DNA from: Selaginella moellendorffii
Taxonomy: Eukaryota; Plantae; Lycopodiophyta
DNA length: 64,000 nt
NCBI RefSeq assembly: GCF_000143415.4
Contig: NW_003314344.1
Location: forward strand, 70,336-134,335
Direction: 5' to 3'
The notes under the pieces were generated by a model. That model saw nothing but the letters and a program-made list of their open reading frames with translations. It was not told the DNA's origin and did not search any database. Shown one piece after another: positions 62,920 to 64,000 of this stretch. Each line of letters begins with the position of its first letter. Position 1 is the first letter of the stretch. Made by a program: the position numbers and the translations under genes.

Positions 62920-64000
62920 ATGAAATCCCAATTCCACCATTGTTCAGGGATGCCTTTCAAACATGGCAAAATAAGGACTTAATTTAGTTCCATTGTATTG
63001 GCTATTATTGTAAGTAAATTGCACTAATGAAAGATATAGATCCCACTGTCCTTACTTTTGACCAATGCTATGTAGCATATCTTCCACCACTTGATTCACA
63101 CGCTCGGTTTGTCTATCTATCTGAGAATGATTTCCACTTGAGAATTTCAAAGTCACTTGCATAGCCTTTGCAAAACTCATCTAAAATCCACTTGTGAACT
63201 TTGAATCTCAATCACTAATGATGTCCTTTGGCAAACCAAAATTAGGAAAAACCTTCTCCAAGTAAACTGCAAGTAAGTCTGAGGTAATGACAATCTTCCA
63301 AAGAGCCAACAACCATACATACTTCATCAACTGATCCACTATGACCCATATTTGCTCCTTTTGCCTCTATAATCGTGGTGAATAAATGATGAAGTCTAAA
63401 AAGATACTACACAAAAGGCTTTGAGGAATAGGTAAAAGTTGCAAAATTCCCCATAGCTTCTCTTATGGCACCTTAACCTGCTAACAGAGCTCATATGATT
63501 TACAATACTTGAGGATATTAGCCTTCATATTCCTCCAATAAAAATTACATTTAATCAACTTATATGCCTTCTTCCCCTCAAAATAATTGGCCTCTGGACA
63601 ATCATGATAATGGGATAAAACTTGAGTAATTAACACATCCAGCTATGGCAAATATATATGGCCATTGTAATAAAGAATCCCACCCACCAATGAGAAAGGT
63701 GTTTCCATCTGGTCTTGCAAAGATGCCACCTTAGCATCTTGAGCTTGAGCATGTTTAAACTACCCAAATTTGTTGACCACCTTACTCAAATGATGACAAA
63801 ACTGTGTTTGTAATGCCGTCACATAACAAATATAAGATAAAGTATCCACCACCACATTTGATTTTTTTGGACAATGCTCAATAAGAAACTCCCCAAACTC
63901 CATAAGTTTTACCATGCAACAAGCTTGCCTAGTGTTCAACTCCTTCTGTGTGAAAAGATACACAAATGGTTTGTGATCTGTCAATACCATAAACACTACA
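62920..64000 (-). mobile_element. Older Ty3/gypsy RNase H-integrase fragment
   Basis: FMVLTDHKPF...LNTRQA...KSNVVVDTLS, followed by eroded integrase zinc-binding and core motifs. Confidence 0.75.

Overview
Eukaryotic plant DNA, most likely a lycophyte such as Selaginella. This is an inference from 46-55 nt GT-AG introns, a Tat element with aRNase H before RT, and a Crinkler-type gene. The window is almost entirely nested, decayed transposons. One intact gene stands out (3915-6469, minus strand). By my splice reconstruction it has five exons and encodes ~783 aa: a transit-peptide-like leader, an MsrB-derived Zn domain that has lost its catalytic motifs by in-frame deletions, a SAM-like helical header, a P-loop NTPase and a PD-(D/E)xK-like nuclease (Crinkler/RHS-type architecture). 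The gene lies in a large rearranged inverted duplication (~5.8-22.7 kb versus ~27.4-37.2 kb), whose second copy is split and lacks the NTPase. A complete chromoviral Ty3/gypsy element (46429-53864) keeps one reading frame except for two short intron-like inserts in integrase. It also carries a ~250-nt multi-hairpin segment with two tRNA T-arm mimics before the PPT. Other content: several copies of a non-coding LTR family with eroded pol remnants, a TRIM, a solo LTR, MULE-like SWIM transposon relics, an L1 fragment, a Penelope-like RT relic, and an inversion shown by a reverse-complemented TSD. All alignments and folds were done by eye; no database search was run.
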